Assembly: GCA_963741315.1 (NCBI GenBank)
Contig: CAVUHK010000010.1
Span: forward strand, 168,270 to 232,269
Length of the DNA: 64,000 bases
Direction: 5' to 3'
From: an uncultured beta proteobacterium
Lineage (GTDB): Bacteria; Pseudomonadota; Gammaproteobacteria; Burkholderiales; Casimicrobiaceae
Each line of letters begins with the position of its first letter. The first letter of the stretch is position 1. Shown here in pieces: positions 36,372 through 46,537 of this stretch. Made by a program: the position numbers and the translations under genes. The notes under the pieces are model-generated. The model saw only the letters and a program-made list of their open reading frames with translations, was not told the DNA's origin and searched no databases.

Positions 36372-37124
36372 ATGAACATGCGCGTGTTCGGGCGGAAGCT
36401 CCGCCAGACTTTTGGCATCAGCGCGCCGCGCATGGCGGTACGCACGCATCTTTCGTGGCGCTGGAAGGTGCCGGCTCTGCTGCTGTCGCTGGCGTTGATC
36501 GCGGGCATGTGGTGGTGGGGTTTCGACTTCGGCCAGATCCTGGGCGGATTCAACCGCAGCGCCGTAGCGGAGAAGCAGGCGCAACTGGAAACCGACCTGG
36601 ACAAGACCAGGACCGAGAACGCGAGACTGCGCACCCGCATCTCCGAACTCGAAAGCGACCTCAACATCACGCGCGGCTCCCAGGCGACGTTGACCAAGCA
36701 ATCGTTGGAACTGCAAAACGAAAACACCCAGATCAAGGAGGAACTCGCCTTCCTGCAGAAGTTGTCGAGTGACAGTGGCAAGCAGGGGACGATCACCATC
36801 CAGCGCATGAGCGTCGAACGCGAGCGCGAGGATGCGTACCACTACAGCCTGTTGATCGTGCGCGGCGGCAGTCCGGCCGATGAGTTCACCGGCCAACTCT
36901 CGCTCCAGGCGGGGCTGGTCAATAACGGGCGTCCGGCGAACCTGACCCTGCCCGACGATCAGCCCGACGCGGCGGCTGCGCTGAAGCTTAAATTCAAGTA
37001 TTATCAACGCATTGAAGGCACCATCCGCGTCCCTGCGGGCAGCCAGTTGCGCACGCTGCAGGCGCGGGTGCTCGAAGCGGGGCAGCCGCAGCCCAAGGCA
37101 ACCCGCAGCTTGAATCTCTCGTAG
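36372..37124 (+). CDS. DUF6776-like membrane-anchored coiled-coil protein
   Basis: One TM segment (WKVPALLLSLALIAGMWWWGF) followed by a coiled coil (EKQAQLETDLDKTRTENARLRTRISELESDL). It is conserved as a neighbour of bactofilin. Confidence 0.7.
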   Translation: MNMRVFGRKLRQTFGISAPRMAVRTHLSWRWKVPALLLSLALIAGMWWWGFDFGQILGGFNRSAVAEKQAQLETDLDKTRTENARLRTRISELESDLNITRGSQATLTKQSLELQNENTQIKEELAFLQKLSSDSGKQGTITIQRMSVEREREDAYHYSLLIVRGGSPADEFTGQLSLQAGLVNNGRPANLTLPDDQPDAAAALKLKFKYYQRIEGTIRVPAGSQLRTLQARVLEAGQPQPKATRSLNLS

Positions 37125-37133
37125 GAGGACCTC

Positions 37134-37541
37134 ATGTTCGAACGGAAGAAGTCACCTCCGCCGCAGAAGCGCATCGACAGCCTGATCGGCGCCGGCACCA
37201 CGTTGCACGGCGATATAGCGTTCACCGGCGGCCTGCGCATCGATGGCACCGTCGAGGGCAAGGTGACAACGGTCGACAACCAGCCCGGAACGCTGGTGAT
37301 CAGCGAGAAAGCCCGGGTCGAAGGCGAGGTACGCGTTTCTCACGTCGTGGTCAACGGTGTAGTCGCCGGTCCGCTGACCGCCAATGATTATCTGGAACTG
37401 CAGGCCAAGGCGCGGGTCAATGGAGATGTGCAGTACCGTGCACTGGAAATGCACGTTGGCGCCATCGTCCAGGGCAAGCTCGTGCACAACGAGCCCGAGA
37501 CGGCCTCGATTGTCGAATTGAAGCGCGCGTCCGGAGACTAG
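37134..37541 (+). CDS. bactofilin (polymer-forming cytoskeletal protein, CcmA-like)
   Basis: Bactofilin beta-helix repeats (IGAGTTLHGDIAFTGGLRIDGTVEGKV...VVNGVVAGPL). AGGAGG Shine-Dalgarno. Confidence 0.88.
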   Translation: MFERKKSPPPQKRIDSLIGAGTTLHGDIAFTGGLRIDGTVEGKVTTVDNQPGTLVISEKARVEGEVRVSHVVVNGVVAGPLTANDYLELQAKARVNGDVQYRALEMHVGAIVQGKLVHNEPETASIVELKRASGD

Positions 37542-37603
37542 GACGTTGACCCGCGGTTGCACCCGTCCCATAATCAGGACGCACCCGCACAAAGGAGTAC
37601 GCA

Positions 37604-37954
37604 ATGAATGCAATGACTGACATGCCCGCCCCGCTCATCTTCTCCGACGCGGCCGCGGCCAAGGTCAAGGCGCTGATCGAAGAAGAAGGCAATCCCGACC
37701 TCAAGCTGCGCGTATTCGTCAGCGGAGGCGGCTGCTCCGGCTTCCAGTACGGCTTCACCTTCGACGAAACCGTCGCCGAGGACGACACCTCGATGGCGAA
37801 GAACGGCGTCACCCTGCTGATCGACCCGATGAGCTACCAGTACCTCGCCGGCGCCGAAATCGACTACACCGAAGGCCTCGAGGGCGCCCAGTTCGTGATC
37901 AAGAATCCGAACGCGACCACGACCTGCGGTTGCGGATCGTCGTTCTCGACCTGA
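37604..37954 (+). CDS. erpA: iron-sulfur cluster insertion protein ErpA
   Basis: A-type carrier motifs: [11 protein letters not shown] and a C-terminal CGCGSSF. Confidence 0.93.
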   Translation: MNAMTDMPAPLIFSDAAAAKVKALIEEEGNPDLKLRVFVSGGGCSGFQYGFTFDETVAEDDTSMAKNGVTLLIDPMSYQYLAGAEIDYTEGLEGAQFVIKNPNATTTCGCGSSFST

Positions 37955-37974
37955 GATAACGGCCAGTCGACACC

Positions 37975-37998
37975 AAACGGGCGCCGCGGCGCCCGTTT
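37975..37998. terminator. 24-nt perfect palindrome between convergent genes (bidirectional terminator-like)
   Basis: AAACGGGCGC-cgcg-GCGCCCGTTT, with a fourth T on the plus strand. Confidence 0.5.
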
Positions 37999-38011
37999 TA
38001 CTTTGGGTCGC

Positions 38012-38575
38012 TCAACACCCCGGCCCGGCACCGGCCGCGGTCTGCGGCAGCGTCAGATCAAACTCCAGATTCCAATTGAACGGGGGCTTCTGATTGGCGG
38101 TCGCGCCGGTGATCTTGCCGCTGATTTTGCCGCCTTTCTTGAGGTCGCCCGCGAGCTGCTCGACCTTGACCTGCTTGTCGGATGCCGGCTCGAGCACCCA
38201 TTGATCCTGCGGACCGAGCGAGAGTACCGTCGCGTGCTTGAAGATGATCTCCAGAGACTTGGCGGTCTTCGGCGAAGGCGTGGGACTTCCACCACCGGGG
38301 CAGAATCCCAATTGCACCATGGTTCGTCCCTTCTTGAAGCGTTCGCCAGTACTCGAAAGGTGGAAGAAATCACGTTCCTCGGCGGTGATGGGCGTGCTGG
38401 AGAACCAGATCGTCACGCCGTTACTCCCCGCGTAGTAGGCAACTTCGCAATAGGTGAGATCGAAAGCCTGACCACCCATCTGACCCTTGGCCGAGCACTT
38501 TCCCTGCGCCGAAGCCACCTGCGTGGCGACAAGCAGCATCCCAGCAATTACCGCACGTACGAGCAAGGATTTCAT
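38012..38575 (-). CDS. secreted hypothetical protein (187 aa)
   Basis: The start at ATG 38575 (AGGAGG Shine-Dalgarno) gives the signal peptide MKSLLVRAVIAGMLLVATQVASA. I recognise no family. Confidence 0.6.
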   Translation of the reverse strand: MKSLLVRAVIAGMLLVATQVASAQGKCSAKGQMGGQAFDLTYCEVAYYAGSNGVTIWFSSTPITAEERDFFHLSSTGERFKKGRTMVQLGFCPGGGSPTPSPKTAKSLEIIFKHATVLSLGPQDQWVLEPASDKQVKVEQLAGDLKKGGKISGKITGATANQKPPFNWNLEFDLTLPQTAAGAGPGC

Positions 38576-38655
38576 CGCGCCTCCTTTGGCGTCATCGATC
38601 GACGATTCTGCGATCCTCGATTTCTCCCGCGCTCCGGAACGCATGTTCCAGCGAT

Positions 38656-39750
38656 CTACACGGGATAAATCGCGCCAAGAATACGCCCGCCGCGCGCCCC
38701 TGTGACGGCGGGCAGATTGCCCGGGCGGCCGGCGATGGTTTCGCGCGCGAGCCAGGCGAACGCCAGCGCCTCGACCTGATCGACCGCGATGCCGTAGCTT
38801 GCCGTCGCCGCGACCGCGCGCGGCCGCAGCGCCTTATCCAGGTCACGCATCAACGCGCCATTGAGGGCGCCTCCGCCGCAGACGAGCACCTCGGTTGCGT
38901 CGTGACAATGCGCCTCGACCGCATCGGCGATCGTCTGCGCCGTCAGCAGGCAAAGCGTGCGCTGCACGTCAACCGGTGCGAACGCGGCATCCAGATGCCG
39001 CTCCAGCCAGCGCATGTCGAAATGGTCGCGGCCGGTGCTCTTCGGGGGCGTCAACGAGAAAAACGGTTCGGCGCGCAGCAGGTCGAGCAGCGGCGCAATG
39101 ACGCGCCCCTGTGCGCCCCACGCTCCGTCGCGGTCGAATGATTGACCGGTGTGGCGCAGGGCCCAGGCATCGAGCAGAGTATTTCCAGGGCCGGTATCGA
39201 AGCCGCGCACGGGACCACCCGGCGGCAGGTCGGTCACGTTGGCGAACCCACCGATATTGACAACCACGCGATGGCGATCGGGGCGCGCGAACAGCGCCGC
39301 GTGGAAAGCCGGGACCAGCGGCGCACCCTGCCCGCCCGCGGCAACGTCACGACTGCGGAAGTCGGCAACGACGGTGATGCCGGTTGTCTCGGCAAGCCGC
39401 GCTGGATTCGCGAGCTGCAACGTGAACCCAAGGTCCGGCCGGTGCCTGACGGTCTGGCCATGAACGCCAATGGCGCCGATCTGCTTGCGATCGAGTTGGG
39501 TGCGCGCAAGCAGCGTGGCGACAGGCGCGGCACAGGCGTCCATGAGCGCATTCGCCGCAAGCGCGGCCCGCTGCAGTTCGTCGGCGCCACTGTGTTGCAG
39601 CGCCGTCAACTCGGCGCGCAACGCCGGCGCGAACGCGACATGCGCGTGGGCGAGGGTGCGGCACGGGGGTACCGAGAAGTCGGCCAGCACCGCATCGACG
39701 CCGTCGATGCTGGTGCCGGACATGAGCCCGATGTAGAGCTCGGCGGTCAA
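38656..39750 (-). CDS. anmK: anhydro-N-acetylmuramic acid kinase
   Basis: Contains the YIGLMSGTSIDGVDAVL motif. There is no in-frame ATG upstream of the motif, so I placed the start at the TTG at 39750, just downstream of the M23 peptidase stop. The start is uncertain. Confidence 0.85.
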   Translation of the reverse strand: MTAELYIGLMSGTSIDGVDAVLADFSVPPCRTLAHAHVAFAPALRAELTALQHSGADELQRAALAANALMDACAAPVATLLARTQLDRKQIGAIGVHGQTVRHRPDLGFTLQLANPARLAETTGITVVADFRSRDVAAGGQGAPLVPAFHAALFARPDRHRVVVNIGGFANVTDLPPGGPVRGFDTGPGNTLLDAWALRHTGQSFDRDGAWGAQGRVIAPLLDLLRAEPFFSLTPPKSTGRDHFDMRWLERHLDAAFAPVDVQRTLCLLTAQTIADAVEAHCHDATEVLVCGGGALNGALMRDLDKALRPRAVAATASYGIAVDQVEALAFAWLARETIAGRPGNLPAVTGARGGRILGAIYPV

Positions 39751-39760
39751 AAGCGCGCTG

Positions 39761-41062
39761 CTAGTCGGCGCCCGCGAGCGTGACGCCGCGCACCAGCGAG
39801 AGCTGCGTGGCCAGCGGCGCGACCCGCTCGAGATAGCCGGCACGCTCGGCCGACGGGATCGGCTGTGCGTTGGGCAGCGCGATGGTCATCGGGTCGCGTT
39901 GTTCGTTGTTGACACGAAATTCGTAGTGCAGGTGCGGCCCCGTTGCCCAGCCGGTCTGGCCGACATAGCCGATGACATCACCCTGCGCGACCTGCGCGCC
40001 GGGTTTCATGCCGGCGGCGAAGCGCGACAGGTGCGCATACACGGTCGAGTACGCGCCATTGTGCTGAAGCACCACGACATTGCCGTAGCCATTCTGCGCG
40101 CCGACGACGCCGACCTTGCCATCGCCCGCGGCATGCACGGGCGTGCCCGAGGGTGCCGCGAAGTCCACGCCTTTGTGCGCACGCCAGGTCTGCATGAACG
40201 GGTGGAATCGCGCCAGCGAGAAGCCGGAAGTCACGCGTGTGAACGCCAGCGGCGAGCGCAGGAACGCCTTGCGCAGGCTCTTGCCATCCTCGGCGTAGAA
40301 GCCTTCCGCGCCCTCAGCGCCGCGCCACAGGAAGGCGCGATACGCGGTGCCCTTGTTGACGAACTCGGCGGCAACGACGCGCCCCGGGCCGACGGGCAGC
40401 CCCTCGACCTCGCGCATTTCGTAGACCACCGCGAAACGATCGCCGCGGCGCAGGTCGTGGTGAAAGTCGATGTCGCCGGAGAACACGTCGGCGATCTGGC
40501 CGGTGATCGCATCGGGCAGTCCCACGCCGTCGGCGGCGGCGAACAGCGACGAGCGAATCTCTGCCGCGCGCATCTCCAGGCGCACCGCTTCTCGCGGCGG
40601 CGCCGATCCGGCGGCAAAGCCTTCTGCATTGCGGCTCACCGACAGCATCTCGCCATTCTGGGTAAGGTAGGACAGCGCCAGCAGGTGTCCGTCGTCGTCG
40701 GTCTGCACGCGCACCGACTTGCCCGGCTTGAGCTGATAGAGCGGGCGCGCGCGCACGTCGAGGTGAAGGAAATTGAGCGCCGCCGCATCGGTGACCGACA
40801 GGCGGGCCAGCACGCTGCCCAGCGTGTCGCCGCGCTGGATGCTTTCTTCGCGCCAGTAACCGGTGACCGGAGGCGTTGCCGCGAACTCGGGGAGCGTCAG
40901 ATCGCGCTTGACGAATTGGGTGGTGACATCGACCAGCGTCGTGTCCGGCGCAAGGCCGAACGCAGCGACCACACCGAGGCTCATGAGCAGGACGACCGCC
41001 AGCAACCTGCCAGGGCCCGCCCAGCCGGTAAGCTTGGTCTTGCTATGCGCTAGAATTCGCAA
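39761..41062 (-). CDS. M23-family murein DD-endopeptidase (MepM-like)
   Basis: [14 protein letters not shown]...GPHLHYEF are the zinc motifs, with an N-terminal anchor. The TTG start at 41062 is uncertain. Confidence 0.88.
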   Translation of the reverse strand: MRILAHSKTKLTGWAGPGRLLAVVLLMSLGVVAAFGLAPDTTLVDVTTQFVKRDLTLPEFAATPPVTGYWREESIQRGDTLGSVLARLSVTDAAALNFLHLDVRARPLYQLKPGKSVRVQTDDDGHLLALSYLTQNGEMLSVSRNAEGFAAGSAPPREAVRLEMRAAEIRSSLFAAADGVGLPDAITGQIADVFSGDIDFHHDLRRGDRFAVVYEMREVEGLPVGPGRVVAAEFVNKGTAYRAFLWRGAEGAEGFYAEDGKSLRKAFLRSPLAFTRVTSGFSLARFHPFMQTWRAHKGVDFAAPSGTPVHAAGDGKVGVVGAQNGYGNVVVLQHNGAYSTVYAHLSRFAAGMKPGAQVAQGDVIGYVGQTGWATGPHLHYEFRVNNEQRDPMTIALPNAQPIPSAERAGYLERVAPLATQLSLVRGVTLAGAD

Positions 41063-41169
41063 TTCGAAGAAACGAGTTCATCCTCGGCCGCCCCATCGCG
41101 GTCGCCGCAGATTGTAGCAGACCCCCTAAAAGACCCATTTTGCCTGCCCCTTCCGGCCACCCTGCGCCC

Positions 41170-42372
41170 ATGCTGCCCGACCTTGCCCACCAACTGAGCG
41201 TCTTCAAGCGCGGCGCCGACGAACTCATCGTCGAGGCCGAGCTTGTCGAAAAGCTCAAACGCGGCAAGCCCTTGCGCATCAAGGAAGGGTTCGATCCGAC
41301 GCGCCCCGACCTGCACCTGGGTCACACTGTGCAGTTCAACAAACTGCGGCAACTGCAGGACCTCGGCCACCACATCATCTTCCTGGTCGGCGACTTCACC
41401 GGAATGATCGGCGACCCCACCGGGCGCAATGTCACGCGACCACCGCTGTCGCGCGAGGAACTCGACGCCAATGCCAGGACCTACACCGACCAGGTCTTCC
41501 TGATCCTCGATCGAGAGCGGACCGAAGTCGCGTTCAACTCGAAGTGGCTGTCCGCGCTGGGCAGCGACGGCATGATCCGGCTCGCCTCCCGATATACCGT
41601 CGCGCGCATGCTCGAGCGCGACGATTTCGCCAAGCGCTACCGCGAAGGCCAACCGATCGCCGTGCACGAGTTCCTCTATCCGCTGGCGCAGGGCTACGAC
41701 TCGGTGGCGCTGCACGCCGACGTCGAACTCGGCGGTACTGACCAGAAATTCAACCTGCTGGTCGGCCGCGAACTGCAGCGCCAGCACGGCCAGGAGCCGC
41801 AGTGCATCCTCACGCTGCCGCTGCTCGAAGGGCTCGACGGCGTCAACAAGATGTCGAAGTCGATGGACAACTACATCGGCATCACCGAGGCGCCCGGCGA
41901 GATGTTCGGCAAGCTCATGTCGATTTCCGACACGCTGATGTGGCGCTACTACGAGTTGTTGTCGTTTCGGCCGCTGGACGAAATCGCGCGGCTCAAGCAG
42001 GAATGCGAGTCCGGCCGAAATCCGCGCGATGCAAAGGTGCTGCTCGGTCAGGAGATCGTGGCGCGCTTTCACTCGCCGAAAGCCGCGGAAGCCGCGCTCG
42101 CCGAGTTCGAGGCGCGTTTCCGCGATCACGCGCAGCCGGAAACGATGCCCGAGTTGACCATCGCCACCGGCGGCAAGGGACTGCCACTGCCACAACTCTG
42201 CAAGCAGGCAGGACTGACTGCGAGCACCTCGGAGGCGCTGCGCCTGGTCGAGCAGCGCGGCCTGAAGATCGACGGCGACGTCGTCTCGGACAAGGCGTTG
42301 GTGGTCGCTGCCGGCAAGACCGTTGTCGTGCAGGCCGGGAAACGCAAGTTCGCGCGCGTGACCCTGACCTGA
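41170..42372 (+). CDS. tyrS: tyrosine--tRNA ligase
   Basis: Class I signatures HLGH and KMSKS plus a C-terminal S4-like domain. I preferred the ATG at 41170 over the TTG at 41140. Confidence 0.93.
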   Translation: MLPDLAHQLSVFKRGADELIVEAELVEKLKRGKPLRIKEGFDPTRPDLHLGHTVQFNKLRQLQDLGHHIIFLVGDFTGMIGDPTGRNVTRPPLSREELDANARTYTDQVFLILDRERTEVAFNSKWLSALGSDGMIRLASRYTVARMLERDDFAKRYREGQPIAVHEFLYPLAQGYDSVALHADVELGGTDQKFNLLVGRELQRQHGQEPQCILTLPLLEGLDGVNKMSKSMDNYIGITEAPGEMFGKLMSISDTLMWRYYELLSFRPLDEIARLKQECESGRNPRDAKVLLGQEIVARFHSPKAAEAALAEFEARFRDHAQPETMPELTIATGGKGLPLPQLCKQAGLTASTSEALRLVEQRGLKIDGDVVSDKALVVAAGKTVVVQAGKRKFARVTLT

Positions 42373-42381
42373 GCAAAGCGT

Positions 42382-44097
42382 TCAGCCTATTCCAGGATTG
42401 CCCGCCACACCGATCAATCGGGGCACGTTCGGCGCGCGCGGTTTGATCGACTTCTGATCGCGCAGGTAGCGCGCCATTACCTCCCAGATGGGCTCGCCGC
42501 CCGCGGCGCGCGCTTCCTCGGCGACCGGAGCCCAGCCGGCAACGCGATACTTCTTGTCGGCCTCGATCGGGTTTCCGCGCAGCGTCATCGCCGAAATGCG
42601 CCGCCCCATGACCGCACCGGGTTCGCACGCGTACTGCATTCCACCCACGCGCACCATGTCGCCGCCCTGCTGGTAGTAGGGATCGGGATTGAACAGATTG
42701 TCGGCAACGTCTTCGAGGATGGTCTTGATCGTCTCGCCGGTCATCTCGCTGACGGTCACATACGGATAGGTGATCGCGGTCTGATCCATGAGGTGCTCGT
42801 AGGTGATGGCCTGCCCCGGCAGGAGCGACGTTCCCCAGCGAAACCCCGGCGAGAAAGCGATCTCGGTGTCCTTCTGCGCCATCAGCCCGTCGAGGATGAG
42901 CTGGTCGTAGGTGCCGTTGAAATTGCCGCGGCGATAGAGCTCGCCCTCGGTGACGGCGAGCTTCTCGGCGAGGCGCTGCTGATACGGCGCACGCACCTTG
43001 GCGATATGCGCCGCCATCGCGGGATCCTCGGCCAGCAGGTTGGCGAACACCGGCAGCAGTTTGTAGCGATAGTCGGCAACGCGACCGTTGCGAACTTCGA
43101 AGTCGAGCACCGCCAGGAATTTGCCGTTGCAACCCGCGCTGGTCACCAGCGTCTTGCCGCGCGCGTTGGTCACGATCGACGGCTGCGGCACGCCGTCGTG
43201 CGTGTGTCCGCCGAGGATCGCGTCGATGCCGGTGACGCGCGAGGCGAGCTTGAGGTCGACGTCCATGCCGTTGTGCGAGAGCAGCACGACGACCTGTGCT
43301 CCCTTGCCGCGCGCTTCGTCGACGGTCTTCTGCATGTCCTCTTCGCGGATGCCAAAGGTCCAGTCGGGAACGAAATAGCGCGGATTGGCGATCGGCGTGT
43401 ACGGAAACGCCTGGCCGACGATCGCCAGTGGAACGCCGTTCTGCTCGCGCATGGTGTAGGACGGGAATACCGCGTCGCCGAAGTCGGCGGTGCGGATGTT
43501 CTGCGCGACGAATTCGATCGAGCCCTTGAAATCGTTGTCGACGATCTGCTTGACGCGCTCGGCGCCGAAGGTGAACTCCCAGTGCCCGGTCGTGACGTCG
43601 ACGCCGAGCAATTTCTGCGCGTCGACCATGTCCTGGCCTTTCGTCCACAGCGCCGTGGCCGAACCCTGCCAGGTATCGCCGCCGTCGAGCAGCAGCGCGC
43701 CAGGCCGGCTCGCCCGCAGTTGTCTGATCAGCGAGGCGAGGTGCGCGAAGCCGCCGACCTTGCCGTAAATCTGCGCCGCGGCGACGAAGTCCAGATAGGT
43801 GAAGGCGTGCGCGTCGCGCGTGCGCGCCGCAATTCCGAAATACCTGAGCATCGCTTCGCCGACCAGGTGTGGCGGCTCGCCTCGCGCACTGCCGACGCCG
43901 ATGTTCACGCTCGGCTCGCGGAAATACGTCGGCAGCAGCTGCGCGTGGCAATCGGTGAAATGCAGCAGGTGGACGTTGCCGAACAGCGGAACCGAGTATG
44001 CGGCCTCGGCCGCGCGCTGCGCGCGGGCGGATGTGCTAAGCACCATGCCGGCCGCGGAAGCCACCGAGAGGACGTGCAGGAATTCGCGGCGGTTCAT
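42382..44097 (-). CDS. soxB: thiosulfohydrolase SoxB
   Basis: Tat signal (MNRREFLHVLSVASAAG) and a 5'-nucleotidase/metallophosphatase-like body. It terminates the sox array. Confidence 0.93.
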   Translation of the reverse strand: MNRREFLHVLSVASAAGMVLSTSARAQRAAEAAYSVPLFGNVHLLHFTDCHAQLLPTYFREPSVNIGVGSARGEPPHLVGEAMLRYFGIAARTRDAHAFTYLDFVAAAQIYGKVGGFAHLASLIRQLRASRPGALLLDGGDTWQGSATALWTKGQDMVDAQKLLGVDVTTGHWEFTFGAERVKQIVDNDFKGSIEFVAQNIRTADFGDAVFPSYTMREQNGVPLAIVGQAFPYTPIANPRYFVPDWTFGIREEDMQKTVDEARGKGAQVVVLLSHNGMDVDLKLASRVTGIDAILGGHTHDGVPQPSIVTNARGKTLVTSAGCNGKFLAVLDFEVRNGRVADYRYKLLPVFANLLAEDPAMAAHIAKVRAPYQQRLAEKLAVTEGELYRRGNFNGTYDQLILDGLMAQKDTEIAFSPGFRWGTSLLPGQAITYEHLMDQTAITYPYVTVSEMTGETIKTILEDVADNLFNPDPYYQQGGDMVRVGGMQYACEPGAVMGRRISAMTLRGNPIEADKKYRVAGWAPVAEEARAAGGEPIWEVMARYLRDQKSIKPRAPNVPRLIGVAGNPGIG

Positions 44098-44198
44098 GCG
44101 GTGGTGGCGAAGGTGTTGCTACAAGAGGGTAACGACGTTCGATCCCCGACTGCGCGGGGATGACGATTCCCTTCTCGCGTACAGCGAGAATGCAATCG

Positions 44199-44822
44199 TC
44201 ACTTGTTGACTGGCGACGCCGGGTCCATCAGCAGCGCGGTCACGTCCTTCAACTGCTGCTCGGTGAGGATGCCCTGATGGCCGAAGCGCGGCATGTTCGA
44301 ACACGTGGCGAAGGCGTCGGCGTTGAAGATCTTGCCGTAAGCGTAGCGCTGGATGTCGACGCCGTAGCCGCGCACCTTGGCGAACTGCAGCAGGCTCGGA
44401 CCGATCGTGCCGTACGACACCTCCTGTGGCGTCAGCTGATGGCAGGCGTAGCAATTGGCGCCCACCGGCCCGGCAGGATCGTCGGAGAACTGCTTGCCGC
44501 GGCCCTCCTGCGCGATTTTCTCGCCGTTCTTCCAGTCGCCCAGCAATTTGCCATCGGCCGGGTATTTGATCGTCGCCAGATTCAACTTCTCGATCTGCGC
44601 CGCGACTTCCTTCGATGGCGCCTTGCCCGCAAGTGCACTGCAGACGCGCTGCGTCTCGTCCTGGTCGAGGCGATCGAGGCCCGCCTGTCCGTTGGCCTTG
44701 AACGAGGACTTGAGCATCGCCGCCGCCTTGGCGCTGGTCTCTTCGTTTGACGGCGTGCTCGCGCAGCCGATGATCGCCACAGCCAGCGCGATTGCAATCA
44801 ATATCGTCTTCTTCGGGATCAT
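44199..44822 (-). CDS. soxX: sulfur oxidation c-type cytochrome SoxX
   Basis: A single CYACH haem motif in SoxX-like context. I chose the start at ATG 44822, which gives a lipoprotein-like signal. Confidence 0.85.
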   Translation of the reverse strand: MIPKKTILIAIALAVAIIGCASTPSNEETSAKAAAMLKSSFKANGQAGLDRLDQDETQRVCSALAGKAPSKEVAAQIEKLNLATIKYPADGKLLGDWKNGEKIAQEGRGKQFSDDPAGPVGANCYACHQLTPQEVSYGTIGPSLLQFAKVRGYGVDIQRYAYGKIFNADAFATCSNMPRFGHQGILTEQQLKDVTALLMDPASPVNK

Positions 44823-44829
44823 CCGGATC

Positions 44830-45678
44830 TCAGCGCTTGATGGCTGGCGCATCGAAGGCGGCGCCGTTGGCATTGCGGGCGAGGAACAGCGTCAGCGCAA
44901 TCGATGCATCCGATCCGAAGATCAACTCCGGAAAGCGCTGCTGGCGGAAGCAGTCGAAGAGCCGCCATTGGAAACTGCGCAGCTCGCCCTGCGAAACGCG
45001 ATATGCAGGCCACGTCGTGTAGGCCTTCTGCGCGCCCTCCTTGGTCGTCAGATTCGGCAGGTCCTGCAGGCGGATGCGCTTGCCGTCGTCGCCGTGGCAG
45101 GTCACGCAGCCGAAATCGTGCGGGCCGCCGCGGAAGTAGAACATCTTCTCGCCCAGCCGGTACATCTCGGCCTCTCGGGGATTCGAGAGTCCAACATTCA
45201 TCGGGACTCCGCGCGATTCCGAGGTGACAAAGGCAACGATCGCCTCCATGTCCGACTTGCGGTCGTTGCCGTTGCCGAAGAGCTGCTTGCGCGAATCGGC
45301 GTCGCTCATGCCCTGGAGCGTGGTCATGCACCAGAGCAGACGAGTCTCCAGGTCCATGACCCGGTCCGCATCGGCGAAGTACTTCGGCAGCCGCGCGTAC
45401 GCGCCCTTGACGACGCCGGGCCCCAGCCCCAGGTCGCATTGCTGCAGCGACACCTGCTTCGGGCCGCGTTTCTGCTTCCAGATGTCCTCGCCGCGGACTT
45501 CCCACAATTCAGCGGGGTTGCCGTCCTGCAGTGCGGCGCGGTACTTGGCGATCTCGTCGACAGCGGAACTCTGTCCCAGCACCGCCGGTGCGGCCACGGC
45601 GCATGCGCCTGCGGCAAGCAGCACCCGGCGCAACGTCCGCACGGCGGTCGTGCACAAGCGACGCTGCAATGAGTTCAC
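44830..45678 (-). CDS. soxA: sulfur oxidation c-type cytochrome SoxA
   Basis: CVTCH haem motif and a conserved distal Cys (LFDCFRQQRFP). GTG start in a GTGA overlap with the soxZ stop. Confidence 0.88.
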   Translation of the reverse strand: MNSLQRRLCTTAVRTLRRVLLAAGACAVAAPAVLGQSSAVDEIAKYRAALQDGNPAELWEVRGEDIWKQKRGPKQVSLQQCDLGLGPGVVKGAYARLPKYFADADRVMDLETRLLWCMTTLQGMSDADSRKQLFGNGNDRKSDMEAIVAFVTSESRGVPMNVGLSNPREAEMYRLGEKMFYFRGGPHDFGCVTCHGDDGKRIRLQDLPNLTTKEGAQKAYTTWPAYRVSQGELRSFQWRLFDCFRQQRFPELIFGSDASIALTLFLARNANGAAFDAPAIKR

Positions 45679-45986
45679 GCGATCGTGGCCTCGTCGGTGC
45701 GCTTGTCGCCGCGATTGTCGACCCAGGTGATGATGACCTTGTCGCCCTTGGCGCCGCCCTTGAACTTGAACGACAGGAACGGATTCTTCGATACCGCCGG
45801 GCCCCACTGGGCCGACAGAACGGTCTTGTTGTTCCAGGTGGCGGTCACGTTCTGGATGAACCAGGCGGGAATCGTCTTGCCCTGCGCGTCCTTGCGCTGG
45901 CCGGTTTCCATCTCGTGGCTCATCAGGACCTTGACCTCGGTCGAGTCGCCCACCACGTTGGCGCGGATTTTCATCGGATCTGCCAT
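45675..45986 (-). CDS. soxZ: thiosulfate oxidation carrier complex protein SoxZ
   Basis: MADPMKIRA...VKVLMSHEMETG... is typical SoxZ. GGAGGA Shine-Dalgarno. Confidence 0.92.
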   Translation of the reverse strand: MADPMKIRANVVGDSTEVKVLMSHEMETGQRKDAQGKTIPAWFIQNVTATWNNKTVLSAQWGPAVSKNPFLSFKFKGGAKGDKVIITWVDNRGDKRTDEATIA

Positions 45987-45987
45987 G

Positions 45988-46458
45988 TCATCCTCCGCAG
46001 CCGCCAAGCGTGACTTTGACTTCCTTCGACGCCATGTAGTACTTGCCGTCGGCCTTGACCAGCGCGACGATGTTCGAGCTCTGTCCCATCTTCACGCGCG
46101 TCGAGATTGCCGGGTCGGTGCCCGGAGGAATGTCGAACACCGCCGCGAGCATGTTCGGGTTCTTCTCGACGAGTATCGCGATCGACTCGGTCTTCGGAAT
46201 GCTGCTGGCGATGCCGACCGGCACCACCGCGCCGTTCTCGGCGATGTCCGGCGTCTGCGAAAACACGATGTCCTTGCTTTGCACCGGGTCGCCACCGCCA
46301 AACGCCTGCATCGTTTCGGCCATGGACTTGGTGTCGAACGCGGCCTTGTTCCACGACTGCGCGCGCGCCGTCGCCGGCAACCAGCCCGCCGCGGCAACCA
46401 GCGCCAACAGCGTCACGCCGCCGCCTTGTTGCAATGCCTGCCTTCGTCCTCGATTCAT
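45988..46458 (-). CDS. soxY: thiosulfate oxidation carrier protein SoxY
   Basis: Tat signal and the diagnostic C-terminal GGCGG swinging arm. AGGAGG Shine-Dalgarno. Confidence 0.92.
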   Translation of the reverse strand: MNRGRRQALQQGGGVTLLALVAAAGWLPATARAQSWNKAAFDTKSMAETMQAFGGGDPVQSKDIVFSQTPDIAENGAVVPVGIASSIPKTESIAILVEKNPNMLAAVFDIPPGTDPAISTRVKMGQSSNIVALVKADGKYYMASKEVKVTLGGCGG

Positions 46459-46537
46459 GAACCAACCTCCTGCACAAATGTGTTCAGCACCTGCGGTGGC
46501 CGGAGCGCCCAGCGCGCACCTCCCGGCCAAAAGTGGG

